From Bacteroidales bacterium (GTDB taxonomy: Bacteria > Bacteroidota > Bacteroidia > Bacteroidales > UBA3824): 64,000 nucleotides of DNA. Position 1 is the stretch's first letter. Each line of letters begins with the position of its first letter. This document shows positions 29,591 through 39,216 of the stretch, one piece after another. The stretch covers positions 12,307 through 76,306 of the forward strand of contig JAKSUC010000003.1 of assembly GCA_024413595.1 (NCBI GenBank), read 5' to 3'. The position numbers and the translations under genes were made by a program. The notes beneath the pieces were generated by a model that searched no databases, had not been told where the DNA came from, and saw only the letters and a program-made list of their open reading frames with translations.

Positions 29591-30664
29591 ATGAAATTCA
29601 AAAAAGGAGATAAAGTTAAGTTTCTTAACGAAGATGATAAAGGAACCGTTACCCGAGTTTTGGAAAACGGAACCATAATGGTTTTGAATAGTGATGATTT
29701 TGAAGTTCCAGCAAAAGCGAGTGAATTAATAATTGACCCGACAGAACAACCAATTGAAATTAAAGAAGTAACAAAAAATTCATATCAAAATTCATCCGAA
29801 AAATCAAATAAAAGTGAAGTTTCACAAAAATCAGAACCTATTGAAGAAGAGGAAGAAGAATATGTGAAACCAAATAATACAATCGAAATATTTTCAGGAT
29901 TTGTTCCAGAAAATGCAAATAAGCCAGAAGAAAGTAATCTAGATTTTTATTTGATAAATGATAGTAATTATAAAGTGTGTTATAATTACATAAAACCAGT
30001 AGGGAAAGTATTTTCCATGAAAGTAGGAGTTTTAGAACCCAATACCAAAGAATATATTGAAAATATATCTAGAATGGATTTAACTCAAATACCATTTATG
30101 AAATTTCAATTTTTATTTGCTGAAAATGGACATATATCCATAAAAACTCCAGTAGAAAAAGAAATAAAAATACATGCGCCAAAATTTTTTCAAGAATTAT
30201 CATATAAAACCAATGATTTTTTTGAAGAAAAAGCAATAATAAGCGAAATTTATAATGATTCAGACATAGCGGAAGCCAAAGAAAAATTAATAAAATCATT
30301 AGAAAATAAAGATATAAACAAAATAGTAAGAGAAAAAGAGCAAAAATCACACGTAAATAAGTCGATAAAACCAGAAAGTGATAAATTAATTATTGATTTA
30401 CATATCACCGAACTAATTGATGATGAACGTGGAATGAGTGCCAAAGAAATCTTAGATTTGCAAATGAAAACCTTTAGAGAAAAAATGGACGCGAGTATAA
30501 AAAATCCACATATCAAAAAAGTAGTTTTTATTCATGGCAAAGGAAATGGAACATTAAAATTAGAAGTACGTAAAGAATTAGACCGTAAGTATCGGAAATA
30601 TAGCTATCAAGACGCATCTTTTGAAGAATATGGAGGAGGCGCAACATTAGTTTATGTTAAATAA
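29591..30664 (+). CDS. Smr-domain protein (DUF2027-type N-terminus + C-terminal Smr/MutS2-like nuclease domain)
   Basis: The ORF track begins at GTG 29588; an ATG follows immediately at 29591. The C-terminus has DLHITEL...AKEILDLQMKTFREKMD...VVFIHGKGNGTLKLEVRKEL, the Smr signature. Confidence 0.72.
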   Translation: MKFKKGDKVKFLNEDDKGTVTRVLENGTIMVLNSDDFEVPAKASELIIDPTEQPIEIKEVTKNSYQNSSEKSNKSEVSQKSEPIEEEEEEYVKPNNTIEIFSGFVPENANKPEESNLDFYLINDSNYKVCYNYIKPVGKVFSMKVGVLEPNTKEYIENISRMDLTQIPFMKFQFLFAENGHISIKTPVEKEIKIHAPKFFQELSYKTNDFFEEKAIISEIYNDSDIAEAKEKLIKSLENKDINKIVREKEQKSHVNKSIKPESDKLIIDLHITELIDDERGMSAKEILDLQMKTFREKMDASIKNPHIKKVVFIHGKGNGTLKLEVRKELDRKYRKYSYQDASFEEYGGGATLVYVK

Positions 30665-30765
30665 AAATAGTAATCAACTAAAATAAAATGTTTGGTTTGA
30701 AAATTGTTGCACAAAAAAAAATAAAAATAATAACAAATAATGTTTATTTATAGCAAATAAAAAAC

Positions 30766-30773
30766 TATATTTG
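30766..30773 (+). promoter_or_regulatory. Bacteroidota -7 promoter motif (TAnnTTTG)
   Basis: TATATTTG, 48 nt upstream of the ATG at 30822. Confidence 0.45.
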
Positions 30774-30821
30774 TGAAATAAAGCAAATCAAACAGAATTT
30801 AACAAAGATAATAACAATAAG

Positions 30822-31748
30822 ATGAAAAACTTATTTATTAGCATTTTATCAGTATCAGTATTAGCATGCACAGTATTAAGCAGTTGTACAAGTGGAGACA
30901 CCAACAATCAGCAAAATACACAACAGCCAAAAGATTCTTCACAAAAAGAAGAAATATTAGATCCGAATAGAGGAGCATTAGTAAAAGTAAATAATCGTCT
31001 ATTTAATGTGCCATCACCTATTCAATTGGCATCAGTGATAAAGAAAATAGATCTTCCTTATAATCAGGAACTTTTAAATAGAGTAGATAAACGACAAAAT
31101 TATACTACAAGTTTTAAACAAGCCTTAAACATAGGAATTTATGGAGCCAATCTAGGTTATATCAATGTATTTGAACAATTGCCCGATGCTGCAGCCTATT
31201 TTGCCGCAATAAGAACATTGAGTCAAGATTTAGGCATAATGAATTCATTTAATGAAGAAACCATGAAACGTATAGAGCGTAACAATGGAAATAAAGATTC
31301 ATTATTATATATAGCTTCAATAATGTATAGAGAGTCAGATTCATATTTAATGAATTCTGACCGAAACGAAGTAGGCGCATTAATAATAGCAGGAGGATGG
31401 GTAGAAGGATTATATTTATTAACCCACATAGCACCCGCCAAAGATTTAAATCCAGAAATAATAGAAATGATAGGACAACAAAAATGTCCATTAAATAATT
31501 TGATAGATTTATTGCGACCATATTATGGGAAATTGACAACAGAATATGATTCATTTGTAGAAGAATTGTCAGACTTGGCAGCAATATTTGATGATATTCA
31601 AATCAAATATACATTTAAACCATCAGTAACAGAAGAAGATAAAAAAATTACATATATAAATAGTGAAACAGAAGCTGTTATTGATGTTCAACATATTGAA
31701 ACAATATCCAAAAAAATAGAAAAACTAAGAAATAAGATAACAGATTAA
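30822..31748 (+). CDS. Hypothetical lipoprotein
   Basis: 308 aa with lipoprotein signal (VLSSCTSG). Mostly helical-looking, no recognised motif. First gene of the 30822-35411 plus-strand module. Confidence 0.6.
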   Translation: MKNLFISILSVSVLACTVLSSCTSGDTNNQQNTQQPKDSSQKEEILDPNRGALVKVNNRLFNVPSPIQLASVIKKIDLPYNQELLNRVDKRQNYTTSFKQALNIGIYGANLGYINVFEQLPDAAAYFAAIRTLSQDLGIMNSFNEETMKRIERNNGNKDSLLYIASIMYRESDSYLMNSDRNEVGALIIAGGWVEGLYLLTHIAPAKDLNPEIIEMIGQQKCPLNNLIDLLRPYYGKLTTEYDSFVEELSDLAAIFDDIQIKYTFKPSVTEEDKKITYINSETEAVIDVQHIETISKKIEKLRNKITD

Positions 31749-31789
31749 AAATCAATATCAACACTATTATTAATCATAATAATTAAAAG

Positions 31790-32209
31790 ATGAAAAATAT
31801 TATTTTTGTATCGATATTATTGATTTCGCTTTTTACAGCAACAAAGTCAAATGCACAAGCCGACACTTTGTTAAATTTTTGTGCTCAACATTTACCATCA
31901 TCATATATAAGTGATGGACAAGTATATCAAACCCCAATATCAAAAGAAGAAACGGCAGAATTTAGTGTAACCTTTTATGGAGGAAGCACATATAGAATAG
32001 CCGCATGTAGCGGATTAACAGATGGCAATTTGATATTTACAATAAAAGATAGAGAACAAAATGAATTGTTTTGTAGTAAAGATCATAAAAATACGCCATT
32101 TTGGGATTTTAAATTTTCATCCACAGTAGATTGTGTAATAGAAGCAAGTCTAGATGAATATGCATCAGATTCAGGATTTGCAATTTTATTAATAGGTTTT
32201 AAAAATTAA
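31790..32209 (+). CDS. Hypothetical small secreted protein
   Basis: 139 aa with signal peptide (ATKSNAQ). Several Cys residues. No recognised motif. Confidence 0.55.
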   Translation: MKNIIFVSILLISLFTATKSNAQADTLLNFCAQHLPSSYISDGQVYQTPISKEETAEFSVTFYGGSTYRIAACSGLTDGNLIFTIKDREQNELFCSKDHKNTPFWDFKFSSTVDCVIEASLDEYASDSGFAILLIGFKN

Positions 32210-32243
32210 TAACTAATAAAAGATAAATTAATATTTCCGCGAA

Positions 32244-35200
32244 ATGAGTGAAAGCATCCTTCAAGCGCTTATGCAGTTGTTTGCAATAGTCGCCGCATCA
32301 AAAGCGCAGGCGGAAAAAAACAATATTGTTGAAACTTTTCTACGTCATGAACTCAGTCAAGAATTAGTTGAAGAGTACATGAATATTTACTTGCAAAATC
32401 TTAATGAGATTAAAGGTAAACAAAAAAACGATAGTAAAAGGAAAAAAGTTGTTTCGGCAAGTAGTACAAAAATTTTAGTAATTTGTGAAGCAATCAATAA
32501 AGAACTAGTTCAGCGACAAAAAATTATAGTATTAGTTCGTTTACTAGAATTTATAAGTTCTGATTTTAACGAAGAAGTATCAGAACAAGAATTAGAATTT
32601 GTAAAAACAGTAGCAGAAAGTTTTTTTATACCAGAAGACGAATACAAATTATTAATGGAATTTGTATTTCATTCATCAACAACAATTCTAGATAGCGAAC
32701 GAGTTTTATTAATAGATAGTGATTATGGCTTTCATCACGAAAGAATAAAACATATTTATTGTGAAAATATGAGTGGACAAATAATCGTGTTTGCTGTTAA
32801 ATCAGTAAACATGTTGTTATTTGTATTTCAAGGAGAAAAAGAATTGATGCTAAATGGACAAGTTTTGAATTCAAATCGTGTTCATGTACTTTCGCCAGGC
32901 TCTTCTATAAGAGGTGGAAAAATGAAACCTATATATTATAGTGATATTTTTTCTACTTATAATTATGATAAAACCAAATCACGAATAACATTTGAAGTAA
33001 ATCGTCTAGAATATAAATTTAATAATGGAACGATAGGACTTCATAATATGAGTTTTCTTGAACGAAGTGGCAAAATGGTAGGAATTATGGGAGCAAGTGG
33101 CGCCGGAAAAACTACATTGCTAAACGTTTTAAATGGAAATCTCAAACCATCGTCAGGAGAAATATTTGTTAATGGAATAGATGTCCATAACAATAATGGA
33201 GAATTAGATGGTTTAATTGGTTATGTTTCTCAAGATGACCTTTTGATAGAAGAACTTACAGTATTTCAAAATCTATATTATAGTGCAAAACAATGTTTCG
33301 ATAATTATTCAAGATTTCAGTTATATAGAACAGTATTAAAATTATTAAAAAGTCTTGGATTGTATGAAATAAGAAATATGCGAGTTGGCAATCCATTAAA
33401 TAAACGAATAAGTGGAGGACAACGAAAACGTTTAAATATAGCACTAGAATTAATAAGACAACCATCGATATTGTTTCTTGATGAACCAACATCAGGATTA
33501 TCATCAAGAGACTCCGAAAATATCCTCGATTTATTAAAAGATTTAACAATCAAAGGAAAATTAGTATTTGTGGTAATTCATCAACCATCAAGCGACATTT
33601 TCAAAATGTTTGATAGATTAATAATATTAGATACAGGAGGATATTTAATATATACAGGCGACCCAGTAGAAAGTATAACATATTTTAAATCAAAAATTCG
33701 TCAAGCCAATTGGAACGATAGTGAATGTCCAACTTGTGGAAATGTAAATCCAGAACAGATATTCAATATAGTTGAAAGTAGAATAGTAGACGAATTTGGA
33801 AATTCGACACAAACTCGCAAAATTTCGCCCAAAGAGTGGAACGAATATTTTCTTAAAGAAGCAACAAAAGACAAAAAGCATTCAATATTAGTAAAACATT
33901 TGCCCGAAATAAATTTTAAAATTCCGGGTTTTATAAAACAATTTGGAATATTTGTAAAGCGTGATGTTCTTGCAAAATTAAGCAATACACAGTATATGCT
34001 CATTAATTTGTTAGAAGCTCCGCTTTTAGCAATGTTGCTTACATTTATAATAAAATATAGAAATATATCAAAAGATAATCTTGATGGCTATGTTTTCTTA
34101 AACAACAGCAATTTGCCAGTGTATTTATTTATGGCAGTGATAGTTGCATTGTTTGTAGGATTAACAGTAAGTGCCCAAGAAATAATCAAAGATCGGAAAA
34201 TATTAAAACGAGAGGCGTTTTTAAATTTAAATAAAGGCGCGTATTTATTGTCGAAAGTTGTAATATTGTTGTTTTTATCAGCATTTCAAGCATTTACATT
34301 TGTAATAATAGGAAATTCCATTTTAGAAATTCACGATCAATATTTTAAATATTGGTTAATGTTATTTACAGTATGGGTAAATGCTAATATATTGGGACTT
34401 AATATATCTGATGGGTTTAAAACAACAGTAACCATTTATATATTAATACCATTTTTAATAATCCCTCAAATTATTTTAAGTGGAGTATTGGTAAGTTTTG
34501 ATAAATTAAATCCCACAATATCGACACAGGGTAAAATTCCATTATATGGAGAAATATTTACGGCACGATGGGCATACGAAGGACTTGCAGTAGAGCAATT
34601 TATCAATAATGCTTACGAAAAAAATCTATATCCTTACGAAAAATCAATGCAAACAGCATTAATAAAACGAGATTTTTGGTTAACAATACTTGATAATAAA
34701 GTAAATGCTTACGAACGTAATAAAAATAATCCAGATAGGATAGAGGACGTTAAAAGTGATTTGTTGACACTTCAAAACGAAATAATGAACGAAATGGAAG
34801 ATAATAATTCAATTCGTCCAGAATTTAATGTAGAAGATTTAACAATCGAAAAGATGAATGACGCCACCTTAAAACTTATTAGGTCGTATTTTGAAAAACT
34901 TAGGGCATTTTATATATCAAAATTTAAAAATGCTTGTCGAGATAAAGATAATTATATTTCGGAACAGCAAAGTACACCAGAATTGAAAGAAAAATATCTA
35001 GAATTAAAACGCAATTTTCATAATGAGTCGTTGTCAGATTTTGTAACAAACAATCGAGAAACCGAGCGAGTTATAGAATATAACAATCATTTGTATCAAA
35101 AAGCTTGTCCTATATATTTAGATCCACGATCAAAAATATTAAGAGCACATTTTTATGCACCCCGAAAACGTTTAGGTAATTTTTATATCGAAACATATTG

Positions 35201-35411
35201 GTTAAATCTAGTTGTAATTTGGGGTATGAGTATTTTTCTTTATATAATGTTGTATTTTGGAGTTTTGAGAAGAATACTTAATAGAAGTGAAAGAATATCA
35301 AGAGATTATAAAGATAAACAAGAAGCCAAAATAAAACAGAAAGGCGAAGAAGCCTCTGTTACAACTCATAAACGCAGAAGATCTTTCCAAGATTTAAGCA
35401 TTTGGAGATAA
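32244..35411 (+). CDS. ABCG/ABC-2-type fused ATPase-permease with ~270-aa N-terminal regulatory extension
   Basis: 1055 aa. Walker A GASGAGKTT, signature SGGQRKR, Walker B ILFLDEPTSGL, then several TM helices (NBD-TMD order). The N-terminal extension has TerB-like helical repeats (KIIVLVRLLEFISSDFNEEVSEQELEFVKTVAESF). Confidence 0.85.
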   Translation: MSESILQALMQLFAIVAASKAQAEKNNIVETFLRHELSQELVEEYMNIYLQNLNEIKGKQKNDSKRKKVVSASSTKILVICEAINKELVQRQKIIVLVRLLEFISSDFNEEVSEQELEFVKTVAESFFIPEDEYKLLMEFVFHSSTTILDSERVLLIDSDYGFHHERIKHIYCENMSGQIIVFAVKSVNMLLFVFQGEKELMLNGQVLNSNRVHVLSPGSSIRGGKMKPIYYSDIFSTYNYDKTKSRITFEVNRLEYKFNNGTIGLHNMSFLERSGKMVGIMGASGAGKTTLLNVLNGNLKPSSGEIFVNGIDVHNNNGELDGLIGYVSQDDLLIEELTVFQNLYYSAKQCFDNYSRFQLYRTVLKLLKSLGLYEIRNMRVGNPLNKRISGGQRKRLNIALELIRQPSILFLDEPTSGLSSRDSENILDLLKDLTIKGKLVFVVIHQPSSDIFKMFDRLIILDTGGYLIYTGDPVESITYFKSKIRQANWNDSECPTCGNVNPEQIFNIVESRIVDEFGNSTQTRKISPKEWNEYFLKEATKDKKHSILVKHLPEINFKIPGFIKQFGIFVKRDVLAKLSNTQYMLINLLEAPLLAMLLTFIIKYRNISKDNLDGYVFLNNSNLPVYLFMAVIVALFVGLTVSAQEIIKDRKILKREAFLNLNKGAYLLSKVVILLFLSAFQAFTFVIIGNSILEIHDQYFKYWLMLFTVWVNANILGLNISDGFKTTVTIYILIPFLIIPQIILSGVLVSFDKLNPTISTQGKIPLYGEIFTARWAYEGLAVEQFINNAYEKNLYPYEKSMQTALIKRDFWLTILDNKVNAYERNKNNPDRIEDVKSDLLTLQNEIMNEMEDNNSIRPEFNVEDLTIEKMNDATLKLIRSYFEKLRAFYISKFKNACRDKDNYISEQQSTPELKEKYLELKRNFHNESLSDFVTNNRETERVIEYNNHLYQKACPIYLDPRSKILRAHFYAPRKRLGNFYIETYWLNLVVIWGMSIFLYIMLYFGVLRRILNRSERISRDYKDKQEAKIKQKGEEASVTTHKRRRSFQDLSIWR

Positions 35412-35460
35412 AAAAACATTTTGAAATTTTATAGGTATTTGTTAAGAATAATTAAGAGCG

Positions 35461-35490
35461 AGTAGCAAGTTTTAAAACTTGCTACTTTTT
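35461..35490 (+). terminator. Rho-independent terminator after the ABC transporter gene
   Basis: agtagcaagtt / aacttgctact 11-bp arms with a 4-nt loop, then TTTTATT. Confidence 0.8.
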
Positions 35491-35502
35491 ATTAGTAAAA
35501 CC

Positions 35503-36024
35503 ATGACTTACGAAAATTTAGAAATAACACTTGAAGACGTTATCAATGAAGAAGATGTAGCCAAAATGCGAGTTTGGTTAGCAGAATTGTGCAATTGTAG
35601 ATTTCAATTGATGAGCGATCATCCAGATTATGGAAAACCAACATGTGAATATTTTGTTTTAGCAGAAAAACTAAACGAAATGATACGTCATTTACGTGGA
35701 AAAATAAAAGAATGGAACAAAAATCAAAGTGCAATGCAACGTATCGAAGCCAAAGCACGACGAGAACAAAAAAGATTAGAATTAATACAAAAAAATAATA
35801 GCAATAAAGCAGAGCGAGCTGAAAATGACGAAAAAATGATGGCATTACGTTTAGAAGCCAAAAAAATAAAACAGCAAAATATGCTATCATTTGTTTTTAT
35901 GGAAGCCGCAAAACATTTGCTAGATAAACACACCTATAACTTTATATTAGAAGAAGCGCAAACTGTTGTTCAAGAGCGATTAAAAAATTCTAATAATTCA
36001 GAAGAAGATATTGAAATAGAATAA
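35503..36024 (+). CDS. Hypothetical coiled-coil protein
   Basis: The ORF-track start (TTG 35479) lies inside the upstream terminator hairpin, so I moved the start to ATG 35503 (MTYENLEI...). Lys/Glu/Arg-rich central helix. No motif recognised. Confidence 0.5.
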   Translation: MTYENLEITLEDVINEEDVAKMRVWLAELCNCRFQLMSDHPDYGKPTCEYFVLAEKLNEMIRHLRGKIKEWNKNQSAMQRIEAKARREQKRLELIQKNNSNKAERAENDEKMMALRLEAKKIKQQNMLSFVFMEAAKHLLDKHTYNFILEEAQTVVQERLKNSNNSEEDIEIE

Positions 36025-36025
36025 A

Positions 36026-36056
36026 CAAAGCCCCTAATATTAGGGGCTTGTTTTTT
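36026..36056. terminator. Bidirectional hairpin terminator between convergent genes (hypothetical / metE)
   Basis: caaagccccta / taggggcttg arms with a 4-nt loop, then T6 on the plus strand. Confidence 0.75.
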
Positions 36057-38355
36057 ATTTAATATCAAATTTTTTTCTAAGTTTTTTTGTAGCTTCAACC
36101 ATATTTTTCAGCGAAAGTTCAGTTTCGGACCACCCACGAGTTTTAAGACCACAATCAGGATTAATCCAAATTTTGTTTATATCTAAAACTTTCGATGCTT
36201 TAAAAATTAAATTTTCGATTTCGTCAACACTAGGAACTCTTGGTGAATGAATATCATAAACACCAGGTCCAATTTCGTTTGGATATTTAAATTTGCCAAA
36301 AGCATCTAATAATTCCATTTGCGAACGAGAACATTCAATTGTAATAACATCAGCGTCCATTTTAGCAATATTTTCAATAATGTCGTTAAATTCGCTATAA
36401 CACATGTGGGTATGAATTTGAGTTTTATCTTTAACACTAGAAGATGCTAATTTAAAACAATCGACAGCCCATTTTAAATATTCATTTTTGTATTCGTTTC
36501 TAATAGGAAGACCTTCTCTGATAGCAGGTTCATCAATTTGAATAATTTTAATACCCGCTTTTTCAAGGTCTGTAACTTCGTCACGAATTGCAAGAGCAAT
36601 TTGTTTACAAGTGATTTCTCTAGGTTGATCATTTCTAACAAAAGTCCATTGTAAAATTGTAACAGGACCAGTTAACATACCTTTCACATATTTTTTAGTT
36701 AAACTTTGAGCATATTTAATCCAATCAATAGTCATAGGTTTAGAACGCGACACATCACCGTAAATAATAGGAGGTTTTACGCATCTAGAACCATAACTTT
36801 GTACCCAACCATTTTGAGTAAAAGTAAAACCATCAAGTTGTTCGCCAAAATATTCAACCATGTCATTTCGTTCAAATTCACCATGAACCAAAACGTCGAT
36901 ACCAATTTGTTCTTGAAATTCAATAACATTACGAATTTCATTTTTAATCAAAATATTATATTCTTCAGTTGAAATTTCATTTTTCTTAAATTTTAGTCTA
37001 ATTTCTCTAATATCTTTAGTTTGAGGGAAAGAACCAATTGTTGTAGTTGGAAATAAAGGAAGATTAAGTTCTTTTTTTTGAATTTTAGCACGTTGACAAT
37101 ATTCACTTGTACGTTTATAACCTTTAGGCGAAACATTATTTACTCTATTGATAACATCTTGATTATGAATTAATTTAGATATTTTTCTATTTTCACAATC
37201 TTCATTATTTTTAGCAAGTTTTTCAATAGATATTTTATTTTTATTATCGCCCACTAAATTATTTAAAGTTACAATTTCTTCAACCTTTTGTTTAGCAAAA
37301 GCTAACCATCTTTTAATTTCATGAGTTAAAACATTAGTATTATGTTCATTATCTAGATTTATAGGAACGTGTAAAAGAGAACAACTAGAAGAAATAATAA
37401 TACGATTATCTCCAATTTTTTCTTTTACCTTTTTTATTATATTCAAAGATTTATTAAAATCATTTTTCCAAATATTTCTACCATCAACAATGCCTAGCGA
37501 AAGAATAGAGTTTGGCGAAATAGAAGCAAGAAGTAAATCTAATTGTTGAGGAGCTCTTACTAAATCGATATGAATAGCGTATGTGTTTAATTTATAAGCA
37601 AGTTCTGTGTTTTCGTTTAAACCATCAAAATAAGTTGTAAGAATAATATTTAGTTTTGTGTTTTGTTTAATTTTTTTGAAAACATTCAAATACAACTCTT
37701 TGATATCATCGTCTAAATTTGTACATAAAAACGGTTCATCAATTTGAATATATTCACAACCATGATTTTCAAGAGATTTAAAAATTTCAAAATAAACATT
37801 TAACAAATCATCAATCAAATTTATACGATTAAAACTATCACCTTTAACTTTTCCTAAAAGTAAAAACGAAATAGGACCAATTAAAACAGGTTTAGTAATA
37901 ATTTCATTTTGTTTAGCTTCAAGAAAATCATTAAGAGGTTTGTTAAAAAAAAGACTAAATTTTTGATTAATATAAAACTCAGGAACAATATAATGATAAT
38001 TAGTGTCAAACCATTTAGTCATTTCCATAGCAATAAGGTCAATACCATTTTTTTGATAACCATGAGCCATAGCAAAATATAATTCCAAAATGTTGCATTT
38101 TAAAGAATTATATCTTTCAGGAATTGCCCCCACAGTTAGACACATATCTAAAATTTGGTCGTAAAACGAAAAATCATTACTCGGAATAAAATCAATACCA
38201 GCATTTTTCAAAAAAATCCAATTGCTAATTTTAATTTCCTTAGCAGTTTTGTACAAGCAATCTTGATTAATTTTGCCATTCCAAAAGTTTTCAGTAGCTT
38301 TTTTTAGTTCGCGATTTTCGCCAATTCGTGGAAAACCAAGAATATTTGTCTTCAT
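36055..38355 (-). CDS. metE: Cobalamin-independent methionine synthase (5-methyltetrahydropteroyltriglutamate-homocysteine methyltransferase)
   Basis: 766 aa. MKTNILGFPRIGENRELKKATENFW at the N-terminus, duplicated (beta/alpha)8 architecture, and HTHMCYSEF...IECSRS Zn-site region in the C-terminal half. Confidence 0.95.
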   Translation of the reverse strand: MKTNILGFPRIGENRELKKATENFWNGKINQDCLYKTAKEIKISNWIFLKNAGIDFIPSNDFSFYDQILDMCLTVGAIPERYNSLKCNILELYFAMAHGYQKNGIDLIAMEMTKWFDTNYHYIVPEFYINQKFSLFFNKPLNDFLEAKQNEIITKPVLIGPISFLLLGKVKGDSFNRINLIDDLLNVYFEIFKSLENHGCEYIQIDEPFLCTNLDDDIKELYLNVFKKIKQNTKLNIILTTYFDGLNENTELAYKLNTYAIHIDLVRAPQQLDLLLASISPNSILSLGIVDGRNIWKNDFNKSLNIIKKVKEKIGDNRIIISSSCSLLHVPINLDNEHNTNVLTHEIKRWLAFAKQKVEEIVTLNNLVGDNKNKISIEKLAKNNEDCENRKISKLIHNQDVINRVNNVSPKGYKRTSEYCQRAKIQKKELNLPLFPTTTIGSFPQTKDIREIRLKFKKNEISTEEYNILIKNEIRNVIEFQEQIGIDVLVHGEFERNDMVEYFGEQLDGFTFTQNGWVQSYGSRCVKPPIIYGDVSRSKPMTIDWIKYAQSLTKKYVKGMLTGPVTILQWTFVRNDQPREITCKQIALAIRDEVTDLEKAGIKIIQIDEPAIREGLPIRNEYKNEYLKWAVDCFKLASSSVKDKTQIHTHMCYSEFNDIIENIAKMDADVITIECSRSQMELLDAFGKFKYPNEIGPGVYDIHSPRVPSVDEIENLIFKASKVLDINKIWINPDCGLKTRGWSETELSLKNMVEATKKLRKKFDIK

Positions 38356-38402
38356 ATTTTTGTGTTTTTAGTTATACTTTCTATATTTTAAAAATTCTGT
38401 GG

Positions 38403-38410
38403 CAAAATTA
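38403..38410 (-). promoter_or_regulatory. Bacteroidota -7 promoter motif (TAnnTTTG) for metE
   Basis: Plus-strand caaaatta is TAATTTTG on the minus strand, 48 nt upstream of the ATG at 38355. Confidence 0.45.
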
Positions 38411-38567
38411 TATTTTAGAATTAATATATAATAATAAAATAAAAATATAGATAAAAAAAACAAAAATTATTAAATTTATAGAAAAAATATCTTATATATA
38501 ACAATGATTTGTATATATGAATAGAATTTTATTCTTTTACAAAAAATCTAAAATACCTATATCTAAA

Positions 38568-39029
38568 ATGGAACTTGACGAAATAGACTTAAAAATCTTG
38601 TGGCAATTGCAAGAAAACTCAAATCTTACAACAAAAGAATTAGCTTCAAAAGTAAATTTGTCATCTACACCCGTATTTGAACGAGTAAAACGACTAGAAA
38701 AAGAAGGAATTATCCAAAAATATTCAGCATTAATAGATTTAGAAAAATTAGGAGGTTATTTTCCTGTATTTTGTAATATAAGATTAACGCAACATAATAA
38801 AAATAATGGACTTGCATTTTTAGAAGCCATAAACTCAATACCAGAAGTAACAGAATGTTATAATATAAGTGGAGATTTTGATTTTATGATAAAACTATAT
38901 GTTCGCACAATGAAAGAATATCAAGAATTTGTGATAAATAAATTAGGAGTGCTTGATTTTATAAGTCATCATCATACCACATTTGTATTAGGAACACTCA
39001 AAAATAAAGGATTTGTTCCAATGAAATAA
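38568..39029 (+). CDS. Lrp/AsnC-family transcriptional regulator
   Basis: MELDEIDLKILWQLQENSNLTTKELASKVNLSSTPVFERVKRLEKEGII is the canonical HTH_AsnC N-terminus. I prefer ATG 38568 (153 aa) over the track start 38517, whose 17 extra residues look non-native. Divergent from metE. Confidence 0.85.
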   Translation: MELDEIDLKILWQLQENSNLTTKELASKVNLSSTPVFERVKRLEKEGIIQKYSALIDLEKLGGYFPVFCNIRLTQHNKNNGLAFLEAINSIPEVTECYNISGDFDFMIKLYVRTMKEYQEFVINKLGVLDFISHHHTTFVLGTLKNKGFVPMK

Positions 39030-39216
39030 TTAATAATTAAAAATCATTCAATAATAATTAAGATTATTATAAAATAATATTCTCATTTATTTTATATAAA
39101 AAAAGCAAAATGTATTGAATAATTTTATAATTTTATTACGTCAAAAAAAAACAAAATTAGCTTACAAAAAAACAAAATATAGCCATTTAAAAAGGCAAAA
39201 TAGAATTAACAAAACG

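Noticed and set aside
35479-35502. TTG-initiated N-terminal extensions proposed by the track here, and likewise at 39115-39216, 57781-57852, 22087-22095 and 38517-38567
   Set aside because: The extensions overlap a terminator hairpin or the upstream gene, or encode Lys-rich or non-native sequence. Downstream ATG codons give canonical N-termini (signal peptides, CBM20 start, AsnC HTH start).
38356-38567. Looked for a cobalamin or SAM riboswitch in the metE leader
   Set aside because: The 212-bp metE/lrp divergent region is almost pure A/T. It has no GC-rich helices or a B12-box-like element. It shows only a TAnnTTTG promoter motif. Regulation is more likely protein-based, for example by the adjacent Lrp/AsnC regulator.
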